Assembly: GCA_020637335.1 (NCBI GenBank)
Contig: JACJWC010000005.1
Location: 109,513-173,512, forward strand
From: Acidobacteriota bacterium
GTDB taxonomy: Bacteria; Acidobacteriota; Holophagae; Acanthopleuribacterales; Acanthopleuribacteraceae
Length of the DNA: 64,000 nucleotides
Direction of reading: 5' to 3'
A program made the position numbers and the translations under genes. Position 1 is the first letter of the stretch; every line of letters starts with the position of its first letter. Below, one piece after another: positions 29,265-38,296 of the stretch. The notes under the pieces were generated by a model. That model made no database searches. It was given only the letters and a program-made list of their open reading frames with translations, and was not told the origin of the DNA.

Positions 29265-30865
29265 ACCCCTGGATCCGGTGCCTGAGCAAGGACTGCTTGT
29301 GGATCCAACCCAAATTTAGTCAGGTATTTGCGCAGGCGATCCGAATCGTTTTTGGATGCGCGACGCTGAATAGAGGAAGCAAACAAAATCCTGCCCGCCT
29401 CGGATAAGGTGCGACAACGGCTACACACTTCTAAAACCGTACGCAATTGGACCTGATCAAACAAATCCAAATCCTCGCGTTCTTGCTCAGAAAGAAACCG
29501 ACTCAGAATCGAATCCTCAACCGGGCTACCCTGCCAGTGTCGGTTCAAACGCTGGATCTCTTTTTGGACAACTGCCTCATTGATTCGCCCACTTGGTGCC
29601 AAGGTCGCCATCCGCTGAACTGCTGCATTCAGATCGCGGAAATTTCCCTTCCAACTGGCCTGCGGGTCCAAGGCGAATCTGAGAAATTGCTGATAGGCCT
29701 CTTTGTTGAAACGCACGTAACTTCCGTGCTTTTGCGCGTATTGTTCCAATTCGTACTGAAGATTGGGCTCAATATCTTCACGTCTATCGCGCAAGGGCGG
29801 TAAATCGAAACTCCAGGTATTGATACGCGCCAATAAATCGTCGCGGAAACGACCCTCGGCAACCTGGTGCCATAAATCGCGGTTCGTGCCCGCCAATAAC
29901 TGAAAATCGCTTTCAACCTCGCGGTCTCCGCCCAAAGGTAGGAAGCGGCCATCCTCCAATGCGCGCAATAACATGGCTTGTTCATCCAGACCTAACTCGC
30001 CAATCTCATCCAAAAACAAAACCCCGCGGTCCGCTTTGCGCAGCAAACCCGGCCGATCACTTAACGCGCCGGTAAATGCACCTCGCACATGGCCAAACAA
30101 AGTGGACATTGCGCCTTCACCCCGTATCGTTGAACAGTTGATCTCAACAAAATCGCCCGATACCATGCGCTTGGCTTTTTTGAGTTGAAATAGCCGTTTG
30201 GCCAATTTGCTTTTGCCGGCGCCTGTCGGCCCCATTAACAGGATCGGCAAACGCGACCGCATGGCCACTAATTCAATTTCCTCAATCATGTGGTTAAAAG
30301 CTTGGTTCCGAGTAGCAATGCCCGATTTTAAAAACTCCTGGCGATCCTCAAGTTCCTTCTGGAAACGCGAAGCAATTAGGTCATAGCGGCCCAAGTCCAA
30401 ATCGATCATGTGGGTCAAACCTGTCATTTGGCCTTTTTTCTTGCTCGGCGGCGAGGTTTGCACCAATTGACCTGGGAAATACCGCGCTTCAGTTAAAAGA
30501 AATAAGCAAATTTGAGCCACGTGGGTACCGGTAGTGATATGGATGTAGTAGGACTCGTTCTCCTCGTCGTAGTTCAAGCTTTTGGCAAATTGATAAAGCC
30601 CATTAAACACTTCTTCAAAATCCCAGGCATCTTGAAAGGTTAATTCCTCAAGGACCAGTTCAGTCTCTGGGGCACAGCTCTGAATATCTTGAATCAAGTG
30701 GCGCATATCGGCCTGATGCCGGCGGTCGTGTAACAAAATTAACCGATCAACCCGCCAATCCTCCTGCTGCACCAAGGTCAGGGTTGGCCGCCACTTCTCC
30801 CAACGTTTCCCCCCTCTTCCCGCATCGAGTACCGACCCATAAAACCCAATCACCACCGTTTTCAC
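29261..30865 (-). CDS. rtcR: Sigma-54-dependent transcriptional activator RtcR (CARF-AAA+-HTH)
   Basis: Near full-length collinear similarity to E. coli RtcR. The N-terminal CARF region matches (MKTVVIGFYGSVLD...RWEKWRPTL...DRLILLHD...YIHITTGTHVAQICLFLL). The AAA+ core has GPTGAGKS, GAFTGA and the ESELFGH equivalent (MSTLFGH). The C-terminal tail ends ...DRLRKYLTKFGL. Confidence 0.9.
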   Translation of the reverse strand: MKTVVIGFYGSVLDAGRGGKRWEKWRPTLTLVQQEDWRVDRLILLHDRRHQADMRHLIQDIQSCAPETELVLEELTFQDAWDFEEVFNGLYQFAKSLNYDEENESYYIHITTGTHVAQICLFLLTEARYFPGQLVQTSPPSKKKGQMTGLTHMIDLDLGRYDLIASRFQKELEDRQEFLKSGIATRNQAFNHMIEEIELVAMRSRLPILLMGPTGAGKSKLAKRLFQLKKAKRMVSGDFVEINCSTIRGEGAMSTLFGHVRGAFTGALSDRPGLLRKADRGVLFLDEIGELGLDEQAMLLRALEDGRFLPLGGDREVESDFQLLAGTNRDLWHQVAEGRFRDDLLARINTWSFDLPPLRDRREDIEPNLQYELEQYAQKHGSYVRFNKEAYQQFLRFALDPQASWKGNFRDLNAAVQRMATLAPSGRINEAVVQKEIQRLNRHWQGSPVEDSILSRFLSEQEREDLDLFDQVQLRTVLEVCSRCRTLSEAGRILFASSIQRRASKNDSDRLRKYLTKFGLDPQAVLAQAPDPGV

Positions 30866-31110
30866 ATGCGCCTACCTGGATAAATTCCGATAAATTAGGA
30901 TAGCATTTCTTAACTGTTTGGCTCCAGGAATATGGAAGCAACCTCGGGACGATTAGATCTAATCATATTATTTACAGTAGGTTAGATTAATTCGAAAACG
31001 GATTGGCATCGAGATTGCCCTATTAGTGGCGACAAACATGCTGGGGCCCGCTGGCGCAGCCGCATACGGTACTGCGTGCCGGGCATGGGTTCTGCCCCCA
31101 CTGTTTGACA

Positions 31111-31183
31111 CCAAAGATAGCTCAATTGGTAGAGCATTGAATTTGACATTCAAGTGTTGGGGGTTCGAGTCCCTCTCTGCACA
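31111..31183 (+). pseudogene. tRNA-like remnant (D-, anticodon- and T-arms intact, acceptor stem not complementary)
   Basis: D-arm GCTC-AATTGGTA-GAGC, anticodon arm TTGAA-TTTGACA-TTCAA (anticodon would be UGA with an unusual C37), and T-arm GGGGG-TTCGAGT-CCCTC are all present. The 3' acceptor strand TCTGCAC has no complement in the 5' strand CCAAAGA, where only the last 3 nt fit. The scaffold resembles tRNA-Trp/Thr. Confidence 0.35.
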
Positions 31184-31277
31184 CACAGGAAATTGGACAG
31201 ATAGGAGGAAGACGGAAGCAGACATCAACAGCTGGAGCAAACCCACTCAAAGAGCGGAGGCGTTTCAGGTCTGAAAC

Positions 31278-31293
31278 TGGCAAGTTGCCTGCG
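31278..31293 (+). promoter_or_regulatory. Candidate sigma-54 (-24/-12) promoter upstream of the SPFH gene
   Basis: TGGCAAGTTGCCTGCG compared with the consensus TGGCACG-N4-TTGCW. The GG and GC dinucleotides are at the correct 10-nt spacing. It lies ~150 nt upstream of the 31445 start and is divergent from rtcR. Confidence 0.35.
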
Positions 31294-31444
31294 GCAACTG
31301 GATACCGCCCATCAATAAAAAACGAATACTTGAGCTCGCACACGATCTCAACAAACGTTTTGGCTGAGGGCTTAAGGTTCGCCCCGCAATGAAACAGGAA
31401 GTTCAATCCGTCCGACTCTTATCTGTTCAGCAAAAGGAGTACAC

Positions 31445-32557
31445 ATGTTAAAGAGAATTCACATTGGCAAGTACGAACTGGGCCTGGTCTTCAAGAATCG
31501 AGATTTTCGCCAGCTGCTGAAGCCGGGAAACCACTGGCTGGGCATAAACCAGTCGGTGGATCGCGCTAACTTGATGGAAAGCCAGTTCAAGCATCGCGAT
31601 TTGGAAGTATTGGTTCGCGAACCTGAGCTGCAAAACCACCTGAAGGTTTTTCGCTTAACCGAGTCAGAACGTGCCTTGATTTGGGTTGAAAACCAGCTAC
31701 AGGACGTGGTTGGACCGGGTCTACACGCTTACTGGAAAGGACCAAAAACGGTTCACGTCGAGGTCTTTGATGCGGACAGTTACCAGTTCGAACATCCCAA
31801 AATTAACGCAATTCTTGCCTTTCCGGGCATTCACACCCATCTGATCTGGGACACGGTTCAAGCGCACGAACGCCGATTACTGTTTGTAAACGGGTCGTTA
31901 GAAAAGGTGCTTGATCCGGGCCGGCATGTATTTTGGCGCACAACCAAACAGCTGGACTGGACAACTTTGGACCTTCGGGATCAGATAGTCGATGTGGCCG
32001 GCCAGGAAATCATGACTGCGGATAAGGTTACATTGCGCATAAACCTGATGGTGGTGTACCGGATTGTGGATGTCCTCAAAGCGGGGACAAGCGTAGCGGA
32101 CCTGGGACAGGCGCTTTACCGAGAAGCTCAAATGGCGTTGAGAGCCGCTGTAGGAACACGAACATTAGATGCGCTTCTGGCCAACAAAGACGCGGTTGGG
32201 CCTGAAGTGGCAAAGGCATTAAGCGTTCGGGTTCTCGATTACGGCGTTAACGTTTTGAGTGTCGGCGTGCGGGACTTAATCCTGCCTGGCGATATGAAGA
32301 GCTTATTTAATCAGGTAACCGAAGCACAAAAAGCGGCCGAGGCCAACTTGATCAAACGTCGGGAAGAAACGGCAGCAGCCCGGTCTCAGGCCAATACCGC
32401 TCGACTCATGGCTGAGAACCCACATTTGATTCGTATGCGTGAATTGGAGGCGATTCAGGAAATTTTGAAGGGCAGCAAATCCACCTTCATATTTTCAGGG
32501 ACCACAATCGGCAACCAATTGCGCGACCTGATCCAACTCAACGAGTCCGAAAGCTAA
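31445..32557 (+). CDS. SPFH/Band-7 (stomatin/HflKC-like) domain protein with ~170-aa N-terminal domain and no TM segment
   Basis: The SPFH core (KVTLRINLMVVYRIVDVLKA...) is followed by a coiled coil (QVTEAQKAAEANLIKRREETAAARSQA). The N-terminal 170 aa contains no hydrophobic helix. Confidence 0.75.
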   Translation: MLKRIHIGKYELGLVFKNRDFRQLLKPGNHWLGINQSVDRANLMESQFKHRDLEVLVREPELQNHLKVFRLTESERALIWVENQLQDVVGPGLHAYWKGPKTVHVEVFDADSYQFEHPKINAILAFPGIHTHLIWDTVQAHERRLLFVNGSLEKVLDPGRHVFWRTTKQLDWTTLDLRDQIVDVAGQEIMTADKVTLRINLMVVYRIVDVLKAGTSVADLGQALYREAQMALRAAVGTRTLDALLANKDAVGPEVAKALSVRVLDYGVNVLSVGVRDLILPGDMKSLFNQVTEAQKAAEANLIKRREETAAARSQANTARLMAENPHLIRMRELEAIQEILKGSKSTFIFSGTTIGNQLRDLIQLNESES

Positions 32558-32561
32558 AAGA

Positions 32562-32596
32562 AGGGCCTTCCCTAGCGGGAAAGGTCCTTTTTTTTG
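32562..32596 (+). terminator. Rho-independent terminator after SPFH gene
   Basis: Imperfect hairpin AGGGCCTTCCC(tagc)GGGAAAGGTCCT followed by T8. Confidence 0.55.
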
Positions 32597-32698
32597 GTTG
32601 ATCCGATTGGAGCCCAATAGCACCAACCAAAAAATCTGAGCCCGGAGTCCTTCACTAATTTGACCTGCGGTACGATGAGGATCGAATAAGGGGGATAC

Positions 32699-34714
32699 GT
32701 GCACCAAATTGTATTGATCGACGATGATCCGATGGCGACCAAACCCTTGGCGAAAGCACTTTTAGGCCGAGGTTACCATGTCACGCTGTTTGACAACGGA
32801 AAAACAGCTTTGGAATATATCAAACACGAAAAACCCGCATTGGTTGTTTGTGACATGCTTCTGCCCGGTTTACATGGTCTGGATTTATTGCGTCAAATCA
32901 AAACCGCCCCGACCATGAAAGAAACCAAGGTCATCATGATCACCGCGGTCTATAAATCTCACCGCTACCGCAGTGAGGCCCAAGAGATGGGTGCGGATGC
33001 TTTTTTTCTGAAACCGATTGGGCTGGAGAATTTTGTCCAAACTGTTGTGGAAATGATTGGTGAAGTCGACACAGAAAAAATTTCCAGCGACAGCATCATC
33101 AGTGAATTACAGGAAGAATTTGAGGCTTATTTGCAAAATGCATTAGCCGAATTGCAAGAGTCACTGCGCCAAGTTGGCAAGCCAGTAAAGAAAAAATTGG
33201 CCTTGGAAAACTTGTGTTATTACGCCCATTCCCTGGCCGGTTCCGCCGGGAATTTTCACTACAATGCCGTCACCCAGCACGCCCGAATCCTGGACCACTA
33301 TGTTCAGGAACTCCAGGAAGGCGGGCGTGAATTGGAGGTAGATCACCTCACGGCTTTGGTTAAAAAAGTGGTCGAGGTAGCCGCTGAACGAGATCCCATT
33401 TCGGATCCCGAAACGGAGGCTGGTGAACCAGATGTCGAACCCGTGCGGTCATCCAACCGAGTAATTTTTTGGAGTACCAACCGCAATCTGGGCGAGCGGT
33501 TCGCAGAGATTGTTGCCCCTTTCCACTGGGTCTTTGTCCCGTGTTTTGATCACCAGGAATTGCAGGACGCCTTGGACCAAGGCGCCGAATATTGGGTGAT
33601 TGATTTGCCAGACAACCCCATTGAATGCAAAAAAATCTTTGCCCACATCCGCAAATTAGACCATTACACTGTACCGCGTTTGTTTCTGGCCCGGGACCCC
33701 TCCTTTGATACCGCATTGGAGTCGATCCGGCACAAATCGATCGCCATGTTGGCCAAACCGCTTTCCGCTCAGGCAATTACCGATTTTTTTGACCGTGAAG
33801 CGGCTTGGCATCGCGAACCCGGCAAGGTTTTGATCATTGATGACGACCCGCGATTGGCCAGCCATTACAGCCGAGTCCTGGCCGAAGCGGGCCTGTTCCC
33901 CAGCTATCTGACCCAGCCAGAACAGGCCATGGATTTTTTGGCCGATTTTCAACCGGATCTCATTTTAATTGACTGGTACATGCCCGAAATCTCGGGTTTG
34001 GAGTTGGCTCGAATCCTGCGCCAATCCAAGAGTTATCTGGGAATACCCATTGTATTCCTGACCGTCGAACAGAATCCCGAGCAACAGCTGCATGCACTTG
34101 ACGAGGGGGTCGATGCCTTTCTCAACAAACCAATCACAGATGCGGCACTGGTTCGCCATGTCAAGGGTCGGATTCGGCGCTTTCGTGAAATTCGCTCGGG
34201 CATTGTCAATGATGGCCTGACCGGCATTCTGAACCATGCGGCTGGCTTGGACCGCGTTCGATCCGAAATTAGCCGCGCGCAGCGCAACAAAAGCGCGTTC
34301 AGCCTCGCTTTAATAGACCTTGACCATTTCAAACAGGTCAACGACACGCATGGCCACCTGATTGGCGACAAAGTCATCAAAAGTCTATGCCACAGTTTGC
34401 GCAACCGACTGCGGCGTTCGGATATTTTGGCGCGCTATGGCGGTGAAGAGTTTTTGATCGGCTTACCCGAAACAGATGGCGAAACCGCGTTGCATGTTCT
34501 GGACCGCATCCGTGAGGAGTTCAGCCAGATAATGCAATTTAGCGAAGATCAAATTTTCCAGGCCAGCTTTTCTGGTGGTATTGCCAGTTGGCATGCCGAT
34601 CTGGACGACGCCCAACTCATCAACCAAGCCGACCGGGCGCTTTACCAAGCCAAACAAGCGGGTCGCAATTGTTTTCGCAACTTTGCACCCTCGGAGGGCG
34701 GCGCCTCCGATTGA
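32699..34714 (+). CDS. Multi-domain response regulator/diguanylate cyclase (REC-HPt-REC-GGDEF)
   Basis: GTG start with RBS AAGGGGGAT. REC1 has IVLIDDD...VVCDMLLPG. An HPt-like region carries YYAHSLAGSAGNF. REC2 has VLIIDDD...LILIDWYMP. The C-terminal GGDEF reads RYGGEEFLIGL. Confidence 0.85.
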   Translation: MHQIVLIDDDPMATKPLAKALLGRGYHVTLFDNGKTALEYIKHEKPALVVCDMLLPGLHGLDLLRQIKTAPTMKETKVIMITAVYKSHRYRSEAQEMGADAFFLKPIGLENFVQTVVEMIGEVDTEKISSDSIISELQEEFEAYLQNALAELQESLRQVGKPVKKKLALENLCYYAHSLAGSAGNFHYNAVTQHARILDHYVQELQEGGRELEVDHLTALVKKVVEVAAERDPISDPETEAGEPDVEPVRSSNRVIFWSTNRNLGERFAEIVAPFHWVFVPCFDHQELQDALDQGAEYWVIDLPDNPIECKKIFAHIRKLDHYTVPRLFLARDPSFDTALESIRHKSIAMLAKPLSAQAITDFFDREAAWHREPGKVLIIDDDPRLASHYSRVLAEAGLFPSYLTQPEQAMDFLADFQPDLILIDWYMPEISGLELARILRQSKSYLGIPIVFLTVEQNPEQQLHALDEGVDAFLNKPITDAALVRHVKGRIRRFREIRSGIVNDGLTGILNHAAGLDRVRSEISRAQRNKSAFSLALIDLDHFKQVNDTHGHLIGDKVIKSLCHSLRNRLRRSDILARYGGEEFLIGLPETDGETALHVLDRIREEFSQIMQFSEDQIFQASFSGGIASWHADLDDAQLINQADRALYQAKQAGRNCFRNFAPSEGGASD

Positions 34715-34715
34715 G

Positions 34716-35348
34716 TTAGACTTCGTATTTGTAAATCAGGTCCACACCCGCCAATTGGTTACAGCTGGCACCCAAATCCGTCAGCAAGCCATTTTTCAGG
34801 TTGTACATCCAACCGTGCAGAGCCAAGTTCTGCCCGCGGCTCCAGGCCTTTTGCACGATAGCACTGTGGGCCAAATTGCGAATTTGCGTCTTCACGTTGA
34901 GTTCGCACAAACGATCGATACGGTCTCTGCGGTTCATGATGGACTCAAGTTCATCGCGATTCTGCGCATAGATTTCGCGAATATTCATTAACCAATGATC
35001 AATTAAACCGAAGCTGCTATTGCCCATGGCGGAGATGATCCCGCCGCATTGGTAGTGGCCACACACGATGATATGTTCGATGTGCAGCGCCTCAACAGCG
35101 TATTGAATGACTGACCAACAGTTGGTATCGGTGTGTTGAACCATGTTGGACACATTGCGATGCACGAAGAGTTCACCGGCATCCAGTCCGACAATTTCAT
35201 TTGCAGGAACGCGGCTGTCAGCACACCCAATCCACAGATAATTGGGTCGTTGCGTCTCGGACAGGGTCTCAAAAAAGGAGGGATTATGCTCTGATTTGGA
35301 ATCTGCCCAGGCCCGGTTATTGTGAAAAAGAGTTTCAAGCCATTTCAC
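34716..35348 (-). CDS. Beta-class carbonic anhydrase
   Basis: CADSRVP zinc-ligand motif plus HYQCGGI (HxxCGG), 210 aa. Confidence 0.85.
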   Translation of the reverse strand: MKWLETLFHNNRAWADSKSEHNPSFFETLSETQRPNYLWIGCADSRVPANEIVGLDAGELFVHRNVSNMVQHTDTNCWSVIQYAVEALHIEHIIVCGHYQCGGIISAMGNSSFGLIDHWLMNIREIYAQNRDELESIMNRRDRIDRLCELNVKTQIRNLAHSAIVQKAWSRGQNLALHGWMYNLKNGLLTDLGASCNQLAGVDLIYKYEV

Positions 35349-35402
35349 GAAGTGCTCCTAATACCTGAAAGTTCCCTCCGGCACGAACCGGAGGGTAGGG
35401 TT

Positions 35403-36887
35403 TTAGCGCTTGGTACTGATAAACAGTTCATTGACCGGAATGATGTGCACATCTTCGGCCTTAACAGGAATGGGATAGACTTCGATTTGTTTGTCCTCAT
35501 CCAGAATCTCCTGCGGTTTAGGCGTTGGATAAGTGATCGGACTCGGTGTGTTTTCGACCAGGGCCTGCTTAAAAGACGCTGCATCTTTGGTGATTACCGC
35601 AATGCGGAAATTGCCTTTGTGCCAGTGCTTCTTAATGGCGGCATTGACATCCGCTAAGGTCAGCGAATCCATCATTTTGCGGAAAGTTTCCAAATGGGCA
35701 TGATCCAATCCGTAAAAACGGTCATCCAATTGATAAGCCAACCGTTCATCGGACGTGGGCGCATAGTGAAGCACGTATTTTTTGAGGAAGGAGCGGGTCA
35801 GGTCAAAGTCCTCTTGGGTCATCCCGTGATCCACCAAATGATCAAATTCGCGCAAGGCTGCACGCAGTGCAAAATGGCGCGCTTCGTTGGGGACCGGACG
35901 AATCCAAATTTCAAACAGTTGGTTATGGCGACCGACGTTTTGTGGCGGTTTGGTCCGCCGTCCACCGTTGGGATAGTACTCGATATAGCTGTAATCGCCG
36001 TAGTTAAGACCGCGTTTCTCACGGATCACGTTGTAAAGGTGACTGGAGGAATTACGATGTTCGCCCAACCAGGAATTGGCGATGGCCAGGGCATACCAAT
36101 CCTTTTCACCCCGCAAAACATCCAAGGGAAAACCCATGCTGATGGCGGTAGAGGCGGTGTCTTTTTCAATTAAGGTGACCGGAAAACCCTGATAGGCTGC
36201 CGGAACAGGTGCTTTGGCCTGGGCAGGTTTCCCACTGGGCATAGCTTTCAGATCTTTCTTTAAAACGTCGACCCATTCGGGTTTGTAGCCGCCGGCCATG
36301 CCAATGACCATGTTCTCTTGAGTAAACCAGGTCTGATAAAAGGTTTTGATATCTATCAAATTGATCGATTTCAGCGATTCAATCGTTCCGGCAATAGGGT
36401 GCGCATAACCGGTACCTTTGTACATTTCCTGAAGCAGCACGGCCTTGCCCAATTCCTCGTCGCTGGAGTAGCGCAGGGAATTTTCGAGGTAGTTGAGCGC
36501 TTCTGATTTAAGCCGATCCAGGTCGTCTTGTTTAAAGGCCGGAAACAAAAGCGCTTCCTTAAACAAGGGGTAATACTCCTCAAAGGCATCGACATGGGCC
36601 TGGCCCTTAAAAACCGTCATTTCCATGGAGGCATCACAGGAATAACCTGCGGCCAATGGGTACAGTTTTTCCAGAATTTGGGCATAACCATTTTTCTGGG
36701 TTGAACCTTCTGAAAGCAAAGCTGCCGTCAGATTGGCGAGACCTTCCTTACCGGCCGGATCGTTCATGGAGCCTACTTTGAACCAGATCCGGATCGAAAC
36801 GACCGGATCGTTTGCAACGGGCAGCAGTTGAGTTTGCATGTCACCTTCCGCAGTCAAAGTCATTAAGGACATCATCAGTATCAGCAT
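35403..36887 (-). CDS. M16-family peptidase, non-catalytic (inactive) subunit, secreted
   Basis: The 494-aa ORF has a signal peptide and the M16 fold but lacks the HxxEH motif. Its start ATG overlaps the stop of the upstream M16 gene (TAATG). Confidence 0.7.
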   Translation of the reverse strand: MLILMMSLMTLTAEGDMQTQLLPVANDPVVSIRIWFKVGSMNDPAGKEGLANLTAALLSEGSTQKNGYAQILEKLYPLAAGYSCDASMEMTVFKGQAHVDAFEEYYPLFKEALLFPAFKQDDLDRLKSEALNYLENSLRYSSDEELGKAVLLQEMYKGTGYAHPIAGTIESLKSINLIDIKTFYQTWFTQENMVIGMAGGYKPEWVDVLKKDLKAMPSGKPAQAKAPVPAAYQGFPVTLIEKDTASTAISMGFPLDVLRGEKDWYALAIANSWLGEHRNSSSHLYNVIREKRGLNYGDYSYIEYYPNGGRRTKPPQNVGRHNQLFEIWIRPVPNEARHFALRAALREFDHLVDHGMTQEDFDLTRSFLKKYVLHYAPTSDERLAYQLDDRFYGLDHAHLETFRKMMDSLTLADVNAAIKKHWHKGNFRIAVITKDAASFKQALVENTPSPITYPTPKPQEILDEDKQIEVYPIPVKAEDVHIIPVNELFISTKR

Positions 36888-38194
36888 TATTGAGCTCCTT
36901 TAAGCACGACTACGGTTCGCCGTTGCGTTTGGAAAAAGGCCTTGGCTGCTGCCTGTAAATCGGCGGGTTCAAGCTGTTGCAAGGTGGAAAAGAAGGCTTC
37001 AAAACCCTTAATCGAGGGTTCAACCGCTAAAGGCGTGTCTAAACTTTCGGCCACTTCGCCCGGCGTATTCATATCCATGAGCAAGCCGTACTTAATCCGT
37101 TTTTTGACACCATCCAATTTAACGCTGGTGACGGGTTGGTCCTGGGCACTTTTAACCGCTGCATCAATGGCTGCTTGGACTTTTTCAATATTGGCAGGGT
37201 CTTTGACCATGGAGTAAATGCTAAACAGGCCGGGATCGCGATTTTGGCTCGCGTCGTAACTGACAAAGTTAACCCACTGTTTTTCCAGGTAGATATCCTT
37301 ATACAGGTCTGAATTACTGCCAAAAAACAATTCACCCAGCGCAAAAGTCGCCACAGAAGCTTTATCGCGCGGGTTAAAAGCCGGTGTTTTGTAACCCATG
37401 TAGAGGATGGGCAAGGTTTTGCCATTAAATTGAACTTCACCGCGCCGTTCTGCGGTCTGTTCCGGTTCGGGGACAACCTGGGGCGCCTGATAACCCTTTT
37501 GCCAGCCACCGTAATATTGTTTGATCCAGCTTAAGGTTTGTTCGGGTTTAAAGTCACCTGTCACCACAATGACGCAATTGTCAGGCCGATAAAACCGTTT
37601 AAAAAAGCCTTTGCTGTACTCGAATTGCTGTGGCATGGCTTTGATATCTTCTTCAAAACCGATAGTTGTGTGCTTGTAGGTATGTTTGTCATAGGCCAAG
37701 TTAGAAACCGATTCAAACAGCACAGAAAACGGGCTGGTAATCGATTTGCGGTACTCGCCGTAGACAGCGCCCGCCTCAGTTTGGAAATCGGCTTCCTTGT
37801 AGGAAAGATTCTGGAAGCGGTCTGATTCTAGTTCGATAACTTTTTCCAGGTCCTCAGCGGTGAAATCGAGGTGGTAGACGGTTCGATCGTCCGTGGTATA
37901 GGCATTGGCATCAATGCCCATTTGGGTCATCAAGCCATCATAAACCGGACCGGGATATTTCTCGGTCCCGCGGAACATCATATGTTCGAAAAAGTGGGCG
38001 AATCCGGTTTTGCCCGGTTCGACTTCGTCCCTACTGCCCGTTCGCACCACCGTATGGTACGAAACGAGACCAGGGCTTTCCATTGGGATTAAAATGACAC
38101 GTAATCCGTTGTCCAGGGTATGTTCCTGGTAAGCGTAAGGGAAAATGGGCATAGGTTTATCCGATAAAAGTAGCAACGCAAGTGTTAGTAACAA
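36887..38194 (-). CDS. M16-family zinc peptidase (insulinase/pitrilysin-like), catalytic subunit, secreted
   Basis: Signal peptide and the inverted zinc motif HFFEHMMF (HxxEH) with a downstream E; 435 aa. Confidence 0.8.
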   Translation of the reverse strand: MLLTLALLLLSDKPMPIFPYAYQEHTLDNGLRVILIPMESPGLVSYHTVVRTGSRDEVEPGKTGFAHFFEHMMFRGTEKYPGPVYDGLMTQMGIDANAYTTDDRTVYHLDFTAEDLEKVIELESDRFQNLSYKEADFQTEAGAVYGEYRKSITSPFSVLFESVSNLAYDKHTYKHTTIGFEEDIKAMPQQFEYSKGFFKRFYRPDNCVIVVTGDFKPEQTLSWIKQYYGGWQKGYQAPQVVPEPEQTAERRGEVQFNGKTLPILYMGYKTPAFNPRDKASVATFALGELFFGSNSDLYKDIYLEKQWVNFVSYDASQNRDPGLFSIYSMVKDPANIEKVQAAIDAAVKSAQDQPVTSVKLDGVKKRIKYGLLMDMNTPGEVAESLDTPLAVEPSIKGFEAFFSTLQQLEPADLQAAAKAFFQTQRRTVVVLKGAQ

Positions 38195-38296
38195 CGCACA
38201 GCCTCCGCGAAGGGTCCCAAAAGATCCAAGCGGATTGGAATCGATTTTGGGCCAAACTGATCTTAGTGGGCCAAATTGGGGATGTCAAAGAATGTT

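Noticed and set aside
31111-31183. Calling the tRNA-like element a functional tRNA-Ser(UGA) or suppressor tRNA
   Set aside because: The acceptor-stem strands are not complementary and position 37 is a pyrimidine. It is kept only as a tRNA-like remnant.
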